From: Octopus vulgaris
Lineage: Eukaryota
Assembly: GCA_951406725.2 (NCBI GenBank)
Contig: OX597832.1
Location: 20,584,001-20,648,000, forward strand
Direction: 5' to 3'
DNA: 64,000 nt
The translations under genes were made by a program, and so were the position numbers. Shown piece after piece: positions 44,357 to 57,925 of this stretch; position 1 is the first letter of the stretch, and each line of letters begins with the position of its first letter. The notes below the pieces were generated by a model that saw only the letters and a program-made list of their open reading frames with translations, was not told the origin of the DNA and searched no databases.

Positions 44357-45104
44357 GTATGTATATACCTCATAGCATAATTATGCATGTCTACCATATA
44401 GCATAAATACTAGTGAGAAACTTGGGTTATAAATTATGGATGTATAAATCCTTTCGTCTCGTCACAAAATGTAGCTTCATGAAGATTTGAGATTAATTAC
44501 CATTAGATATTTTCCACTAAGGACACTTGAATAGAATATATTCATCTTTCGTCAGGAAAAGTTCAACATATATGAGAGTATTTTTATCCAACACATGGGC
44601 CTCCGGCAAGCGTTGAAGCCTTGACATTTGAAGCCAATAAAAGTAACGAAACCCATAGAACTGCACTCAGATTGGCCAGTTTTAGAATAACAGTTTAGCA
44701 TGCTTCCATTCATAAACAGTTTCAAGCTACCCTGAACTAAATTAATTCTTTCTCACGCAATTACACTTTTTGTCCTATGTTGTTATTATTATCTCCCTTT
44801 CTCTCGTTACTCTCTAATGAGCTATTTTTTCTGCCTTGCTCAAAACTTTTACCTAGGATTAAGGTAAAAGTTTTTATTTTCCAATTACTTTCGGAATTAC
44901 AACAATTAGTGGCTTGGAGTTTTAACTGCTCTTTCTAACGAGTCAGATATCCTATTCTTCGGGTATCTCTTTGGTGTTTGAACGTACACCGTATTCTTCT
45001 CTGAATAATATATAGTCTATCGACTAATTTTTTCTTTCTCGCTAGACTACTGGTAACTAATAATTTTTCTATGAATATTCTTGCTACCCTAAGATTTATA
45101 TATA

Positions 45105-45159
<55 letters not shown>

Positions 45160-45160
<1 letters not shown>

Positions 45161-45325
45161 TTGACTTCAAATTTTGGTAGACACCCAGCAAATTCGTGGC
45201 TGGGAGTAGGTGTAAGTCGATTACATCGACCTAGTGTTCAACTGGTACTCATTTTATCGGCCTCGAAGTGATAAAAAATGAAGTCGTTCTCGGCGGAGTT
45301 TGATCTCAGAACGTGAACACGCCGC
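45160..45325 (-). mobile_element. SINE family B fragment
   Basis: gtcgattacatcgacctagtgttcaactggtactcattttatcgg...gtcgttctcggcggagtttgatctcagaacgt. Confidence 0.75.
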
Positions 45326-45604
45326 TTTAGAAGAATATATATATTGAAGTCATATCATGTGGAGTTATTCATTTCACTGTTATGGTTTAAATGTATTCCC
45401 AAACGTTTAAGTTTACAAAAAAAAACCTTTGGTTGCTGATGCGGAACGGACAGGTTCTGAAGAACTAGGGAATTAGCGAAATCTGAGGTCTTCTGGTATG
45501 TGAATATGCATGTGTGTGTGTGTGTGTGTGTGTGCCTGTGTGAGTGAGTATGTTTGTGTCTGTGTGTGAGTGATTTAATCTGTGTGTGCAAGTATGTATT
45601 TGTG

Positions 45605-46085
45605 TGTGTGAGAGAATCTAATTTAGCGGTTAGGAGCCTGTGTGCGTGTATGTATATGTGTGTGAGTGACTGACTCTGAATGTGTGTGTGTGTGTGTTAG
45701 CGTTTGTGTGTGGGAGAGAATCGAATTTAGTGGTTAGGAGTGTGAGTTACTGAGTGTGTGTGCATGTGTGTATGTGTATGTGTGTGAGTGAATTACTCTA
45801 TGTGTTGTGTGTGTTTGTGTGTGTGAGGAAATGTAGTTTATTGGTTAAGAGTGTGAGTGACTGATTGTGTGTGCATATGTGTATGTGCGTGTGTGTGTGT
45901 ATGTGTGAGTGACTGACTCTCTGTGTGTATGTGTGTGTGAGTGTTTGTGTGTGTAAGGGAATGCAATTTAGTGGTTACGAGTGTGAATGACTGAGTGTGT
46001 GTGCATATGTGTATGTGCGTGTGTGTGTGTGAGTGACTGACTCTGTGTGTGTGTTTGTGAGGGAATGTAGTTTAGTGGTTACGAT
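45605..46085 (+). repeat. Five-unit minisatellite (about 105-130 bp period) built from (GT)n plus a SINE head
   Basis: Motif gag(a/g)gaat..a.tttag(t/c)ggtta.gag at about 45610, 45713, 45825, 45955 and 46058. Confidence 0.8.
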
Positions 46086-46340
46086 GCTGCAATTACGACC
46101 ACGTGATCGTCATTTGATTTCTAGACCAAACGGCGCATTACGTTCTCGAGCATAACACATCGCTTAACGTTGCACAGCGAAGACCTCAACATCTGACTTC
46201 TGACCCACCATGTACTCACTTATCCGAGCAATGTTCATTTGATGGACGGAGTGAACTAATGGACAGCACATACATTTGATCGCTATAAACCAATTACCTG
46301 CGCAGAATATTCACCAACAAACGACGAGAAACTCTCTGTC
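46058..46340 (+). mobile_element. Old tRNA-derived SINE
   Basis: A-box-like tagtttagtggttacg, B-box-like atttgatttctagacc, CORE-like gttctcgagcataacacatcg. Confidence 0.5.
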
Positions 46341-46344
46341 GAGT

Positions 46345-46422
<78 letters not shown>

Positions 46423-46586
46423 ATCTATTTATCTATCAATTTATCTATCAATCCATTTATCGATCTGTCTGTCTATCTATCCATCTATTTATCTATCTAT
46501 CAATCCATTTATCGAACTGTCTGTCTATCTATCCATCTATCTATCATCTATTTATCTGTCTATCAATCCATCTATCGATCTGTCTG

Positions 46587-46656
<70 letters not shown>

Positions 46657-46705
46657 CATCTATCTATCATATATTTATCTGTCTATCAATCCATCTATCG
46701 ATCTG

Positions 46706-46779
<74 letters not shown>

Positions 46780-46848
46780 GATCTATCGTTCTATCTGTCT
46801 ATCTATCTATCCATCTATTTATCTATTTATGTATCTATCTACCAATTT

Positions 46849-47925
46849 ATACCTGAGATGCGGTCAGTGCGATGAAACCAGTTCCGATCTGTGGGCTTCT
46901 GTCGAACGACTGCTGTCACGTGTACGACGAGTCGGTTTATCAACCGAGTCTATCCTGAATATTGTTGCGCCTCCTTCCTTGAAACGGGAAAGAAGAGCCA
47001 TTTTCATCGTACTTGTGGCTATGACGAAAGAATGGGTATGGTGGACGCGTCTGAAAGGTCTAGAGGCACACACTTTCCTCTTTGGTGAATCTTTCATCAA
47101 CTCCTTCAGGAAGGCGCAGGAATGGCTGTGTGGTAAGTAGCTTGTTTAGTAACCATATGGTTCCGGGTTCAGTTCCCTGCGTGGCACCTTGGGCAAGTGT
47201 CTTCTACTATAACCTCGAGCCGATCAAAGCCTTGTGAGTGGATTTGGTAGACGGAAACTGAAAGAAGCCCGTCGTATATATGTATATATATGTATGTGCG
47301 TGTATGTTTGTGTGTCTGTGTTTGTCCCCCTAGCATTGCTTGACAACCGATGCTGGTGTGTTTATGTCCCCGTCACTTAGCGGTTCGGCAAAAGAGACCG
47401 ATAGAATAAGTACTGGGCTTACAAAAGAATAAGTCCCAGGGTCGAGTTGTTCGATTAAAGGCGGTGCTCCAGCATGGCCGCAGTCAAAATGACTGAAACA
47501 AGTAAAAAAAAAAATCACTTGAAGAGGAAGGTGAGAGTAGAGAGGGAAGTTTTGTCTAGTGAATGTTTAAAAAAAAGATGGGTAAATGTAGCAAGGATGG
47601 CACGTGTGAATGACGGAGCTAGCTTGAGCATAATCCTATGAACCAAAAAAGAGAAAGGAAAAAAGAGAGTCACTTACTGTAAGGTGTTTTTTTTGTTGTT
47701 TTTTTTTTGCATGATATTATCGTCCAAGGTTACTGTGGTCTGTTAACGCTTTTTACAATATGACATTTCTGTGATACACGATCCCTATTGATCGGCCCCT
47801 TTTGTTTTTCTCCACGATCCCTTTTGATCGAAATGCTACCCACTTTATTTTCATCCCAAAAACAAAAGCTCTACTTTATATTTTGTCCCCTCTGTGTTCA
47901 GCCCTGTGTGGCCAGTAAAGAAACG
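46849..47925 (+). pseudogene. 5'-truncated L1/Tx1-clade LINE (ORF2 C-terminus plus 3' UTR), split by a SINE A insertion
   Basis: RCGQCDET..DLWASVERLL...AMTKEWVWWTRLKG (zinc-knuckle remnant and K..W..R motif) resumes after the SINE as HLKRKVRVEREVLSSECLKKRWVNVARMARVNDGASLSIIL* (stop at 47639-47641); the 3' UTR ends ...gccagtaaagaaac; flanked by (TATC)n. Confidence 0.75.
47113..47514 (+). mobile_element. SINE family A, full length (tRNA head plus CORE-like domain)
   Basis: ggcgcaggaatggctgtgtggtaag (A box), gggttcagttcc (B box), caccttgggcaagtgtcttct (CORE-like), internal microsatellite, tail ...gactgaaacaagtaaaaaa. Confidence 0.9.
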
Positions 47926-47929
47926 TGTG

Positions 47930-47981
<52 letters not shown>

Positions 47982-47987
47982 CATCTT

Positions 47988-48044
<57 letters not shown>

Positions 48045-48138
48045 TCTATCTATCTAACTACCTATCTATCTATTTTATCCATCCATCTATCCATCTATTC
48101 TATCCATCTATTCTATCTATCTATTCTATCTATCTATC

Positions 48139-48179
<41 letters not shown>

Positions 48180-48219
48180 CTGTTTTGTATGTATGTATGT
48201 ATGTATGTATGTATGTATG

Positions 48220-48280
<61 letters not shown>

Positions 48281-48789
48281 CTTAACTCGAATGTACACAG
48301 AGACTTTCCATCTTTCTTACACTTCACTACCAGCGCAACCGGTACCTTCGTTACAAGAAATATTCTATAGCGACGTATATATAGACATCGTTATACATTA
48401 ATTAATTACGACCGCTGTTTTCTTTGTATACACTTGACAAGTGTATATCTTGTTTTACAATTTGTAAATTGACTTAATCAGCTCCAATAAAGAAAACAGA
48501 AATTACATCCAATAAAAAATGGTTAATTTCCTTTAGCGATCTAAAGAAATATTGCTGTGTCATCGCATATGTTCATGTACATACGTAGAGATATATATGT
48601 CTGTATATAAATATATATATATATATATATATTCATACATACGTACTTATAGATACATGTGTGTCTCTGTGTGTATATGTGTGCGTATGTTTGTGTGAGT
48701 GTGTGTTTGTGTGTGTGTGTGTGTGTGGTCGGCAACACTTTGGGGTTGACCAAAGTAAGTTTTTATTTATGCGTGTTCATATATACGAG

Positions 48790-48820
<31 letters not shown>

Positions 48821-48855
48821 TATAAATATGTATGTATGTTTATATGTGTGTACAG

Positions 48856-48888
<33 letters not shown>

Positions 48889-49233
48889 TATACATATATA
48901 TATAGATATAGATATATATAGATATAAATGTGTAAATATATATTTATGTATATATATATGTATATATATATATATGTACATATATATATGTATATATATA
49001 TATACATATATTTATATATATATATATATATTATATATATATATATATATGTGTACACATAAGCATATATATACATATTTACACATAAGCACATATATGT
49101 ATCTAAAAAACACACAAGCCCAAATATATGTTATACACACATATAGAATAAAATATTGATATACACTCTTGCATCCTTATACGTTCACGTGTATGTGCGT
49201 TCGTGGTATGTACACGGGCACACACACGCATAC

Positions 49234-49271
<38 letters not shown>

Positions 49272-49859
49272 GTATATATATATATATAAATATATATATA
49301 CACGTATCTATATACATATATATATAGAGATATATATAGTGTTTAATGTACACATTTACAGTATGTTTTCTAATGGTTCACTTAATATAGAGTTTAATGT
49401 TCAACTTACACCGATCAAGCAAACACCATTTCTATTCTGAATAGATGCCATTACAGTGTGTTAAGTTAATTTATGGAGCGTTCAATGACATCTGCTTGCT
49501 AGTTACATAGTTACACACACGTATATGTATGTATATGTATATAAATTATATATACGTTTGTATATATATTTATATGAATGAATGGTCGTATATAAGTATC
49601 TGTTTATATATCTATTTATGTGTACACATTTAACATAGTATATAATCTGTGTATGTGACTGTGTCATTTCTTATGTCGATACGAATGTATATACTTATCG
49701 ATAAGTCTATCAGTGCCGCCTGTTATTGCAAATTGTAGATGTATCTAGGAATTTTAAAAAACGACACCCTTATATTTTCCGCCATAACTCTTCATCTCAT
49801 TCTGTCTTAGCTTATCTCTCCCCGCATACGTGACATACATACATTCACATACATATCTA

Positions 49860-50160
49860 TTAGGTTGACAACTAATTTCAAGTCATTTCATTTTAATTCA
49901 ATTTTTTTTTTTATGTTTCATTAGAAATAACAACTAATTAATCAATAATGTATTCACCCTGGTTGTTTACAACTTCTTCCCGATGTTTAACAAGATTTAT
50001 AATACTTCGTTGGTAGAAATCACCCGATTTCGACTCGAAACATTGGTACAGCCACGCTCTCAATGCTGCATCAGTATTGAACGAAACTCCGCGCATAGCA
50101 TTTGAAAGAGATCGAAAGAGGTGGAAATCCGTTGGTGTCAAATCAGGAGAGCAAGGTGAT
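49860..50160 (-). mobile_element. Mariner transposon relic (transposase C-terminus plus one terminal inverted repeat)
   Basis: SPDLTPTDFHLFRSL...FYQRSIINLVKHREEVVNNQGEYIID matches the mariner YSPDLAPSDYHLFRSL C-terminal motif; TA|TTAGGTTG terminus at 49858-49867. Confidence 0.85.
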
Positions 50161-50261
50161 TTTTGCTCATTTGAGCAAGTTTTGCGTGCACGAAATAATG
50201 TGTAGCTGAGGCAGCTCGTTATATATATGTTCATGTTCATGTCTGCATCTCTGTTTGAGAT

Positions 50262-50480
50262 GTCAGAATCGTTAGCACACCGAGCTAAATGCTTGCGGTA
50301 TTTCGTCTGCCGTTACGTTCTGAGTTCAAATTCCGCTGAGGTCGTCTTTGCCTTTTTTCCTTTTGGGTTCGAATAAATAAATACCAGTTACGCACTGGGG
50401 TCGATGTATCGACTTAATCCCTTTTCTGAATCCTTGTTTGTCCTCTCTATGTTTAGCCCCCTGTAGGCAATAAAGAAATA
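50262..50480 (+). mobile_element. SINE family B monomer (tail type 1)
   Basis: cagaatcgttagcac...gagttcaaattccgc...gtttagccccctgtaggcaataaagaaat. Confidence 0.9.
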
Positions 50481-50508
50481 TATATAGATATATATATTCA
50501 TATTATAT

Positions 50509-50545
<37 letters not shown>

Positions 50546-51759
50546 TGGGGGTGGGGTGCTAACTGAATGATGCCGCGTCCTCCCTTTTTACTAATTTCAA
50601 TAACGCGAATTATTTGTTGCATTATAATGTCTGTTAAAAGTAATATTCCATCCAAGGAAAATTACGCGTATTGGCATCACCTTGCCCTTTATCTAAGTCT
50701 GGACTCAAACAGAAACTGAATTTGAGTAATAATCACCAATTTAATTTCAGTTCAGATTTCCATCTCAGAAAGTACATACTTTGTCTCTCAAACAAATATA
50801 TTGATAATTTCGTAGCAAATTATAATATAATTAGACTTTGACAGAACGGAAGATAGTGATAGAGAACACGTATTTTTCTATGATGTATCATGAATAGAAA
50901 TTAGGCACATCAATAAGAGATTGCGTTTGGGCTAAGTTTGAGGATTTTTATTGAGGATCAGTTAACAGTATTGAAGATGCAAAGATTACATTTTGTAACA
51001 TGTTTTCTTTCCTGGGGTAGCAACTTTTATTTTTTATTTGTTTACCACTAGAATGTATGAAAAATGGTTAATATTTCCTTCAAACTTTGCTTTTGTTACA
51101 TCCATTAAAACCCCAAAGAATCCTTCTCAACACTTAGCTCTAATGCTCCCCAACTACTCCCGTTCATGATCAAAGTCGCACATTTTGACAGCCACTAAGA
51201 AACATGGTCAACTTGTTAAGGTCAAGCAACTGACAAGCAAATCTGTGATATTGAGCAGAATATTTGCTATAACGATATTTCTGCTCCAGCAACTCAGCGC
51301 TGAAGCTGTTTGAAAGGTGAGTTTCAAAACATTGATTTCCAGATCAGAAAAGCAAAGTTTGAAGGGGGACAGAAGTAATTTCCTTTGATTTCTAGATAGA
51401 AGCAAATAAGAAATAACACTTACGAACCGAACACAAAAACAATTTAAATTCTGTTACTCAGTTTTAAAGTTGTAGTTGATTAAAAGTTACCTGACACGGA
51501 GGGTAGGAAGCCATCTGAATATTGGAAAAGAGTTACACGTATGATGGAAGATTCGCGAGGGTGTCAAAATACTGACAACATGGCTCCTTGTACGACGTCA
51601 CATGGACAGCACTTGGCCACAAGGAGTGGACGCTACAGGCGTTCCGACTGCGTCCATCGTCAAGAATTTATCCCCACGATTTTTAAAAGAACTTCAATTC
51701 AGACGGCTATGTGAAGCTGCTGGAGAAAGTTTTTGGAGCTGGAAAGCCAAATGTATGCG

Positions 51760-51791
<32 letters not shown>

Positions 51792-51793
<2 letters not shown>

Positions 51794-51960
51794 CGCAGGA
51801 GTGGCTATATGGCAAAAAGCTTACTTTACAACCACATGGTTCCAGATTCAGTCCCAATGCGTGGCATCTTGGGAAAGTGTTTTCTACTATAGCCACGAAC
51901 CGACCAAAGCCCTGTGAGTGGATTTGGTAGACGGAAACTGGAAGAACTCTGTCATATGTG
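51792..51960 (+). mobile_element. SINE family A 5' half
   Basis: ggcgcaggagtggctatatgg...gtgagtggatttggtagacggaaactg. Confidence 0.85.
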
Positions 51961-52012
51961 TGTGTGTGTATGTATGTATACGTTTGTATATGTATGCGTG
52001 TCTATATATCGA

Positions 52013-52079
<67 letters not shown>

Positions 52080-52390
52080 GTAGTTACATGGATAGATGGA
52101 TGGATGTGTGTGTGTGTGTATCTGCAATTCAAATCTGATTATGCGTTCAAAATTGTGTAAGAATAATTTTGTCATTACACTGTTTGACTTGTGTATGTGT
52201 ATGTATGTATATATCTATGTGAGTGTACGTGTGAGTGTACGCCTTTGTGAGTTCTTATATAAGAATGCGTCAGCTTAGGGCTAAGCATTGTGTTTTCAAT
52301 TCCATATTAGGTTTTTGTCGGTGCGCATTTGCCCGTGTGCGTACAGACACCCACCCACACAAAAATATACCATTCTACGAACAGATGTCT

Positions 52391-52441
<51 letters not shown>

Positions 52442-53238
52442 CTTTATATATATATCTATGTATACATATATTTACGTATGTGTGCATATATATGCACAGA
52501 CACACATGTATACATACATATATATATGCATGCATACATACATACATATATATATGTATGTGTCTGTATAGATGTAGAACATATAGATAGATAGATAGAG
52601 AGAGAGAGAGACGGAGATGAATAGAGAGTGATGACACTGAAACATATGCATGTACGTATGTAGGTAAACGCATATATGTGTGTGTGAGTATTTCACTGTT
52701 CCACTTTATGCATAAGGGAATTGTGTTTAGTGTATATATATATATATATATATGGAAGAGCATGCATCCGTGTGTATGTATATCTACGCATTTCAAAGAG
52801 TGTGCGCGTATGTGTATGACTTTTGCGATATGATCAAAGCAGCGGCCATTATTTGGATATGATATATAACAAAACAAAAATCAAACAAAAAAACACTCTG
52901 GAAGATGAAAGGGACGCCGCTCCAATTAAGCGTGGCCTGCTTCTCTCAAGACGTCCAAAACCTGAAACATTTTTGTCCGGCTTTATTTAAATATAATGGT
53001 GGCAACACGCCACTATTGTATTTGTACAAGACCAGACCAACCGCCCGCACCGACCGCTCTACCAGAAGAACTACCACCACTACCACCACCACCACCATTA
53101 CCTCTGCCAGCACCGCAACCGCCGTCAATGCCGCCACCAACGCCACCGAGAACAACGTCACCATCAGCAAAGCGGCTGCTGCCGCTGCGGCGCCTACTCC
53201 AACAGCAACAAGAAAAACAATTACTTCTGCTGCTGCTG

Positions 53239-53277
<39 letters not shown>

Positions 53278-53364
53278 TTGCTGCTGCTGCTACAGCGACT
53301 ACTACTACACTACAGCTACTACTACTACTACGACTACTACTAGTGCTGCTGATTCTGATTCTGC

Positions 53365-53924
53365 TGTTGATGATGAGGATGATGATGATGATGATGACGA
53401 CGACGATGTTGATGACGATATTGATGACGGCGTTGATGATGATGATGATGACGACGACGATGTTGATGACGATGTTGATGACGGCGTTGATGATGATGAT
53501 GATGACGATGTTGATGATGATGATGATGACGACAACGATGGTGATGATGATGAGGAGGAGGATGAAAATGAGGATGATGATGATGATGATGACGACGACG
53601 ATGTTGATGACGATGTTGATGATGATGATGATGACGATGTTAATGATGATGATGACGACAACGATGGTGATGATGATGAGGAGGAGGATGAAAATGATGA
53701 TGATGATGATGATGATGACGACGACGATGTTGATGACGATGTTGATGATGATGATGATGACGATGTTAATGATGATGATGACGACAACGATGGTGATGAT
53801 GATGAGGAGGAAGAAGATGAAAATGAGGATGATGATGATGATGATGATGACGACGACGATGTTGATGACGATGTTGATGATGACGACAACGATGGTGATG
53901 ATGATGATGAGGAGGAGGAAAATG

Positions 53925-53955
<31 letters not shown>

Positions 53956-54428
53956 CGACGACGATGTTGATGACGATGTTGATGACGGCGTTGATGATGA
54001 TGATGATGACGATGTTAATGATGATGATGATGACGACAACGATGGTGATGATGATGAGGAGGAGGATGAAAATGAGGATGATGATGATGATGATGACGAC
54101 GACGATGTTGATGACGATGTTGATGATGATGATGATGACGATGTTAATGATGATGATGACGACAACGATGGTGATGATGATGAGGAGGAGGATGAAAATG
54201 AGGATGATGATGATGATGATGACGACGACGATGTTGATGACGATGTTGATGATGATGATGATGACGATGTTAATAATGATGATGACGACAACGATGGTGA
54301 TGATGATGAGGAGGAAGAAGATGAAAATGAGGATGATGATGATGATGATGATGACGACGACGATGTTGATGACGATGTTGATGATGATGACGACAACGAT
54401 GGTGATGATGATGATGAGGAGGAGGAAA

Positions 54429-54462
<34 letters not shown>

Positions 54463-54470
54463 CGACGACG
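53365..54470. repeat. (GAT)n-derived higher-order minisatellite, about 120-bp units
   Basis: Recurrent gacgacaacgatggtgatgatgatgaggaggaggatgaaaatgaggatg about eight times. Confidence 0.9.
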
Positions 54471-55026
54471 TCACTGCCGTTGGTGCAGCAGTTGCTGTTC
54501 TTTCAATTAGCCGCTCGTCAGTCATAAGTCATACGTAGCAATATAAAAAGCCCCTTCTCTCCAAATTTTCACCGACGTCATTATCTTCGTCGTCTCACCC
54601 CCTCCTGCTCCTGCCCCTCCTCCTCCTCATCATCATCATCATCATCATCGTCGTCGTCGTCATCGCCATCGTCACCAGCACCATCATCTCCGTCATAATA
54701 ATCCTCATATTCATAAGTATTATCATAGTGGTTATCATCGTCGTCGGCGTCTCAGCATATTTGCTATCTTTTTTGTCGTCGTCATCATCGTCATCTATAT
54801 CGTTATCATCATTATCTATGGTTATCCTCATGCAGCTTCCTTTCTATTCTTTTCTCCCCGTTGCCGTTATCATCATCATCATCATCATCGTCATCATCAT
54901 CATCACTGCCACCACCACAACCATCATCCTGATCCTCATCATCATCAACAACATTATCATCATCATCGTATTCATCATCGTCATAAATATCACCATAAAC
55001 ATCATCATCATCATAAACATCATAAA

Positions 55027-55065
<39 letters not shown>

Positions 55066-55071
55066 TACCAT

Positions 55072-55113
55072 CATTTGGTGGACGGAAACTGAAAGAAACC
55101 CGTCGTATTTATG

Positions 55114-55145
<32 letters not shown>

Positions 55146-55366
55146 AATGTTTGTATGTCTGTGTTTCTCCCCACAACATCGATTGACAACCGATACTGGT
55201 GTGTTTACATCCCCGTAACTTAGCGGTTCGGCAAAAGAGACAGATAGAATAAGTACTAAGTTTACAAAGAATAAGACCGGGGATCGATTTGATCGACTAA
55301 AGTCAGTGCTCCAGCATGGCCACATTCAAATGACTGAAACAAGTAAAAGAGTAAAAGAGTAAAGAG
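55072..55366 (+). mobile_element. SINE family A 3' two-thirds
   Basis: atttggtggacggaaactgaaagaaacccgtcg...gactgaaacaagtaaaagagtaaaagag. Confidence 0.9.
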
Positions 55367-55502
55367 TATATAAGCGACACATATTCTCCCTTTTTTTTTA
55401 AAACTTATATCATGTATTGGCCCACGGCCATGCCGGGGCATCTCTTTTAGGGAAGTTTTTGAATGAAATAGACCCCAGTCCTTACAATTTTATAAAACGA
55501 TA

Positions 55503-55670
55503 CTGGAAGAAACGTTAGCATGCCGGACAAAATTCTCAGCAGTTTTTCTTCCAGTTCTACGTTCTGATCTCAGATTCCACCGAGGTCGACTTTGATCTGT
55601 CCTCTGAAGGACAATGAAGTGCCAGTTGAGTACTGGTGCCGATGTAATCGACTTATGCATTCCCCACGAA
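55503..55670 (+). mobile_element. SINE family B, diverged
   Basis: gaaacgttagcatgccggacaaa...ttccaccgaggtcgactttg...gatgtaatcgact. Confidence 0.7.
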
Positions 55671-57537
55671 AAAATGCTGACCATGGCCCTTGCCACGGAT
55701 CTTTGTCCCGATCAGGAGGAATGTTGAGGAAGCCGGGTTATTGACTATATGCCTCTTAAGGGTCAAGATTTGTTTCTTTTAATTATATTATATTATACAA
55801 CTTTTTAAATTATATTATACTATACAACTTTGTTTCTTTTAATTATGAACGAGGTCAATTATATTGTACAACTTTTTTCTCCCAAAGACGTCTCACACGT
55901 GTCCTACTGCAAGACTCACGGAAACAGGAGATGTTGCTGAAACTGGAATAAGAAACTAAACTGAGTTATATCACTTTACGATACTACACGTGGTGTTCGA
56001 TTTCTACCGGTGTAGACCTTTCATTTTCGTCAATCTGGAGACTTGTAGAAACCAGTAACAGACATGCCTTGGGATCCTATTGAATATAGAATATTATGCC
56101 TCTGGTTCAAACATTTCTGGCTTTCTGCCATCGTAAATAGCAAATAGAGAAAAAAAATATCGTTATTTATTATTCAGTAATGCACAATAATTCAGACGAA
56201 ATAAAAATATGTCTTATATTACTGCATCATATTCTAAGAATTATTTATCGATTAATATTTGTTTATTTGAAACTATCTCATCTACTTTATATTTTCTATT
56301 GATTCGTGTTGCTATAGAATTAGACAGTCTTTTGTCTGATTCTGCGACGCCATTCTCAACACAGTGAAAAAAATAATGTAAATATTTTTTTATCATGTGG
56401 TGGATTCTTAATGAAAATTAAATTTTCAAATGTAAATAATTCATAAATATCAAGTGAGCGCCGTGGAATATGAAATAATAAAATGAAATGCATAGGTGTT
56501 CTAATTATATTCGGATAATTAAGTGGAGATTTTGATAACAGTTCTGAAAACCAAACTCTAAAATTCTATGGTCATTTTTTAGATTTTCGAAATTATTGTT
56601 ATATGTATGATATAACGGTATATTTCTATGAAATATATCGTTATATTATATGCATATATAGATGCATATATAGTCAGCCGTCACTCGTGAGAGATTAAAA
56701 TTTATATCATGCATTTGCTAATTATTATAAAGTGCCTATATAGTTGCGAGGAGCAGCTCCTTTCCCATGTGTTAGATAGCGCGACAAAGAGAGCTGCCCC
56801 ACAACCCACCTGTACTCAATGATACAAGGCATCCGGATCAGGAACTGAAACTATGACGTTACAATACCGAGTGGAACGCACCAACCATTGTGCCATGTAT
56901 CTTCACTCGATGATGTAAATGATTGAACTTAATAGTATTATTCTTAAAGAGCAAATTATTTCTAAAGAATTTTGAACTGTACAATAAAGAAGAAGAGTCA
57001 TGAATATCTGATTATCGTTTCTAAGGTTGATGCAAGGAAACTTCGAAAGCTAAATAAGGGTTTTATATAACCTCATTGAAGATTGTTTAAAGTATAAACT
57101 TATAATCATAAACCTGGCTCTGCTAACAGTAAACAACATGGGGCACTGTAAGTAAATACAGCGCCTACGTCCATGCTTAATTTCATGTAAAGCACATAAA
57201 CATACATAGAGACACAACTAGAAAGATCTTCAAATAGAAACACATATAGGAAACATATAGATACACATACACCCACTCATTCACTCACTCACTCACTCAC
57301 TCACTCACTCACTCATTCAGTCACTTACCCATACACATTGGATAATCTCATACTTGGAGAGAGGACTAAAAGGTTTAGGATAAAACACAGGCACTGAAAA
57401 GATTATAAAAGAAAAGCAGGTGTTGATCTGAGGAATTGATATGATCCTAGCTGAGAGTATTGAGAAACGTTTCATGTAGTTCACCGAAAACAGATTTCCT
57501 ATCAAATTGAAGTGGTTAATCTGTGTATAGCCTGGTC

Positions 57538-57742
57538 CACCTAAGCTCCACGCGGCTCCGGCAGAAGGTAATAGCGAACTTCTGCTGACTCTTTCGCCAC
57601 AACTTTCTCTCACTCTTTCCTCCTGCATCTTGCAGCTCACCTGCGACGGACCGGTGTCCCGTCCAGGTGGGGAACCTATACGCCAAGGAAGCTAGGAAAC
57701 CAGCACTTATGAGCCAGGCATGACTTTAGAAGGAACAAACAA
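57538..57742 (+). mobile_element. SINE family C variant (middle domain plus alternative tail)
   Basis: The middle matches the reverse complement of about 9570-9655; the tail cctgcgacggaccggtgtcccgtccagg...gagccaggcatg...aaggaacaaac matches 3995-4088. Confidence 0.7.
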
Positions 57743-57759
57743 ACACACACCCACATATA

Positions 57760-57925
57760 TACGACAGGCTTCTTCCAGTTTCTGCTTAGATAATCCACTC
57801 TCGAGTCTTTGATCGGCCAAGATCTATAGAAGAAAACACTTGCCCACGGTGACATGTTGAGACGCTCAGCCCAGAACTATGAGGTTAAGAAGCAAATTTC
57901 TTACCACACAGCTAAACCTGCGGCT
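57760..57925 (-). mobile_element. SINE family A 5' half, diverged
   Basis: acacttgcccacggtg...ttcttaccacacagctaaacctgcg. Confidence 0.7.

Noticed and set aside
45605-46085. CRISPR-like repeat-spacer appearance
   Set aside because: The spacers are (GT)n microsatellite, the context is eukaryotic, and there are no cas genes.
52905-54527. 540-aa Met-rich ORF and the antisense 406-aa Ser-rich ORF
   Set aside because: They are products of the (GAT)n minisatellite read in other frames.
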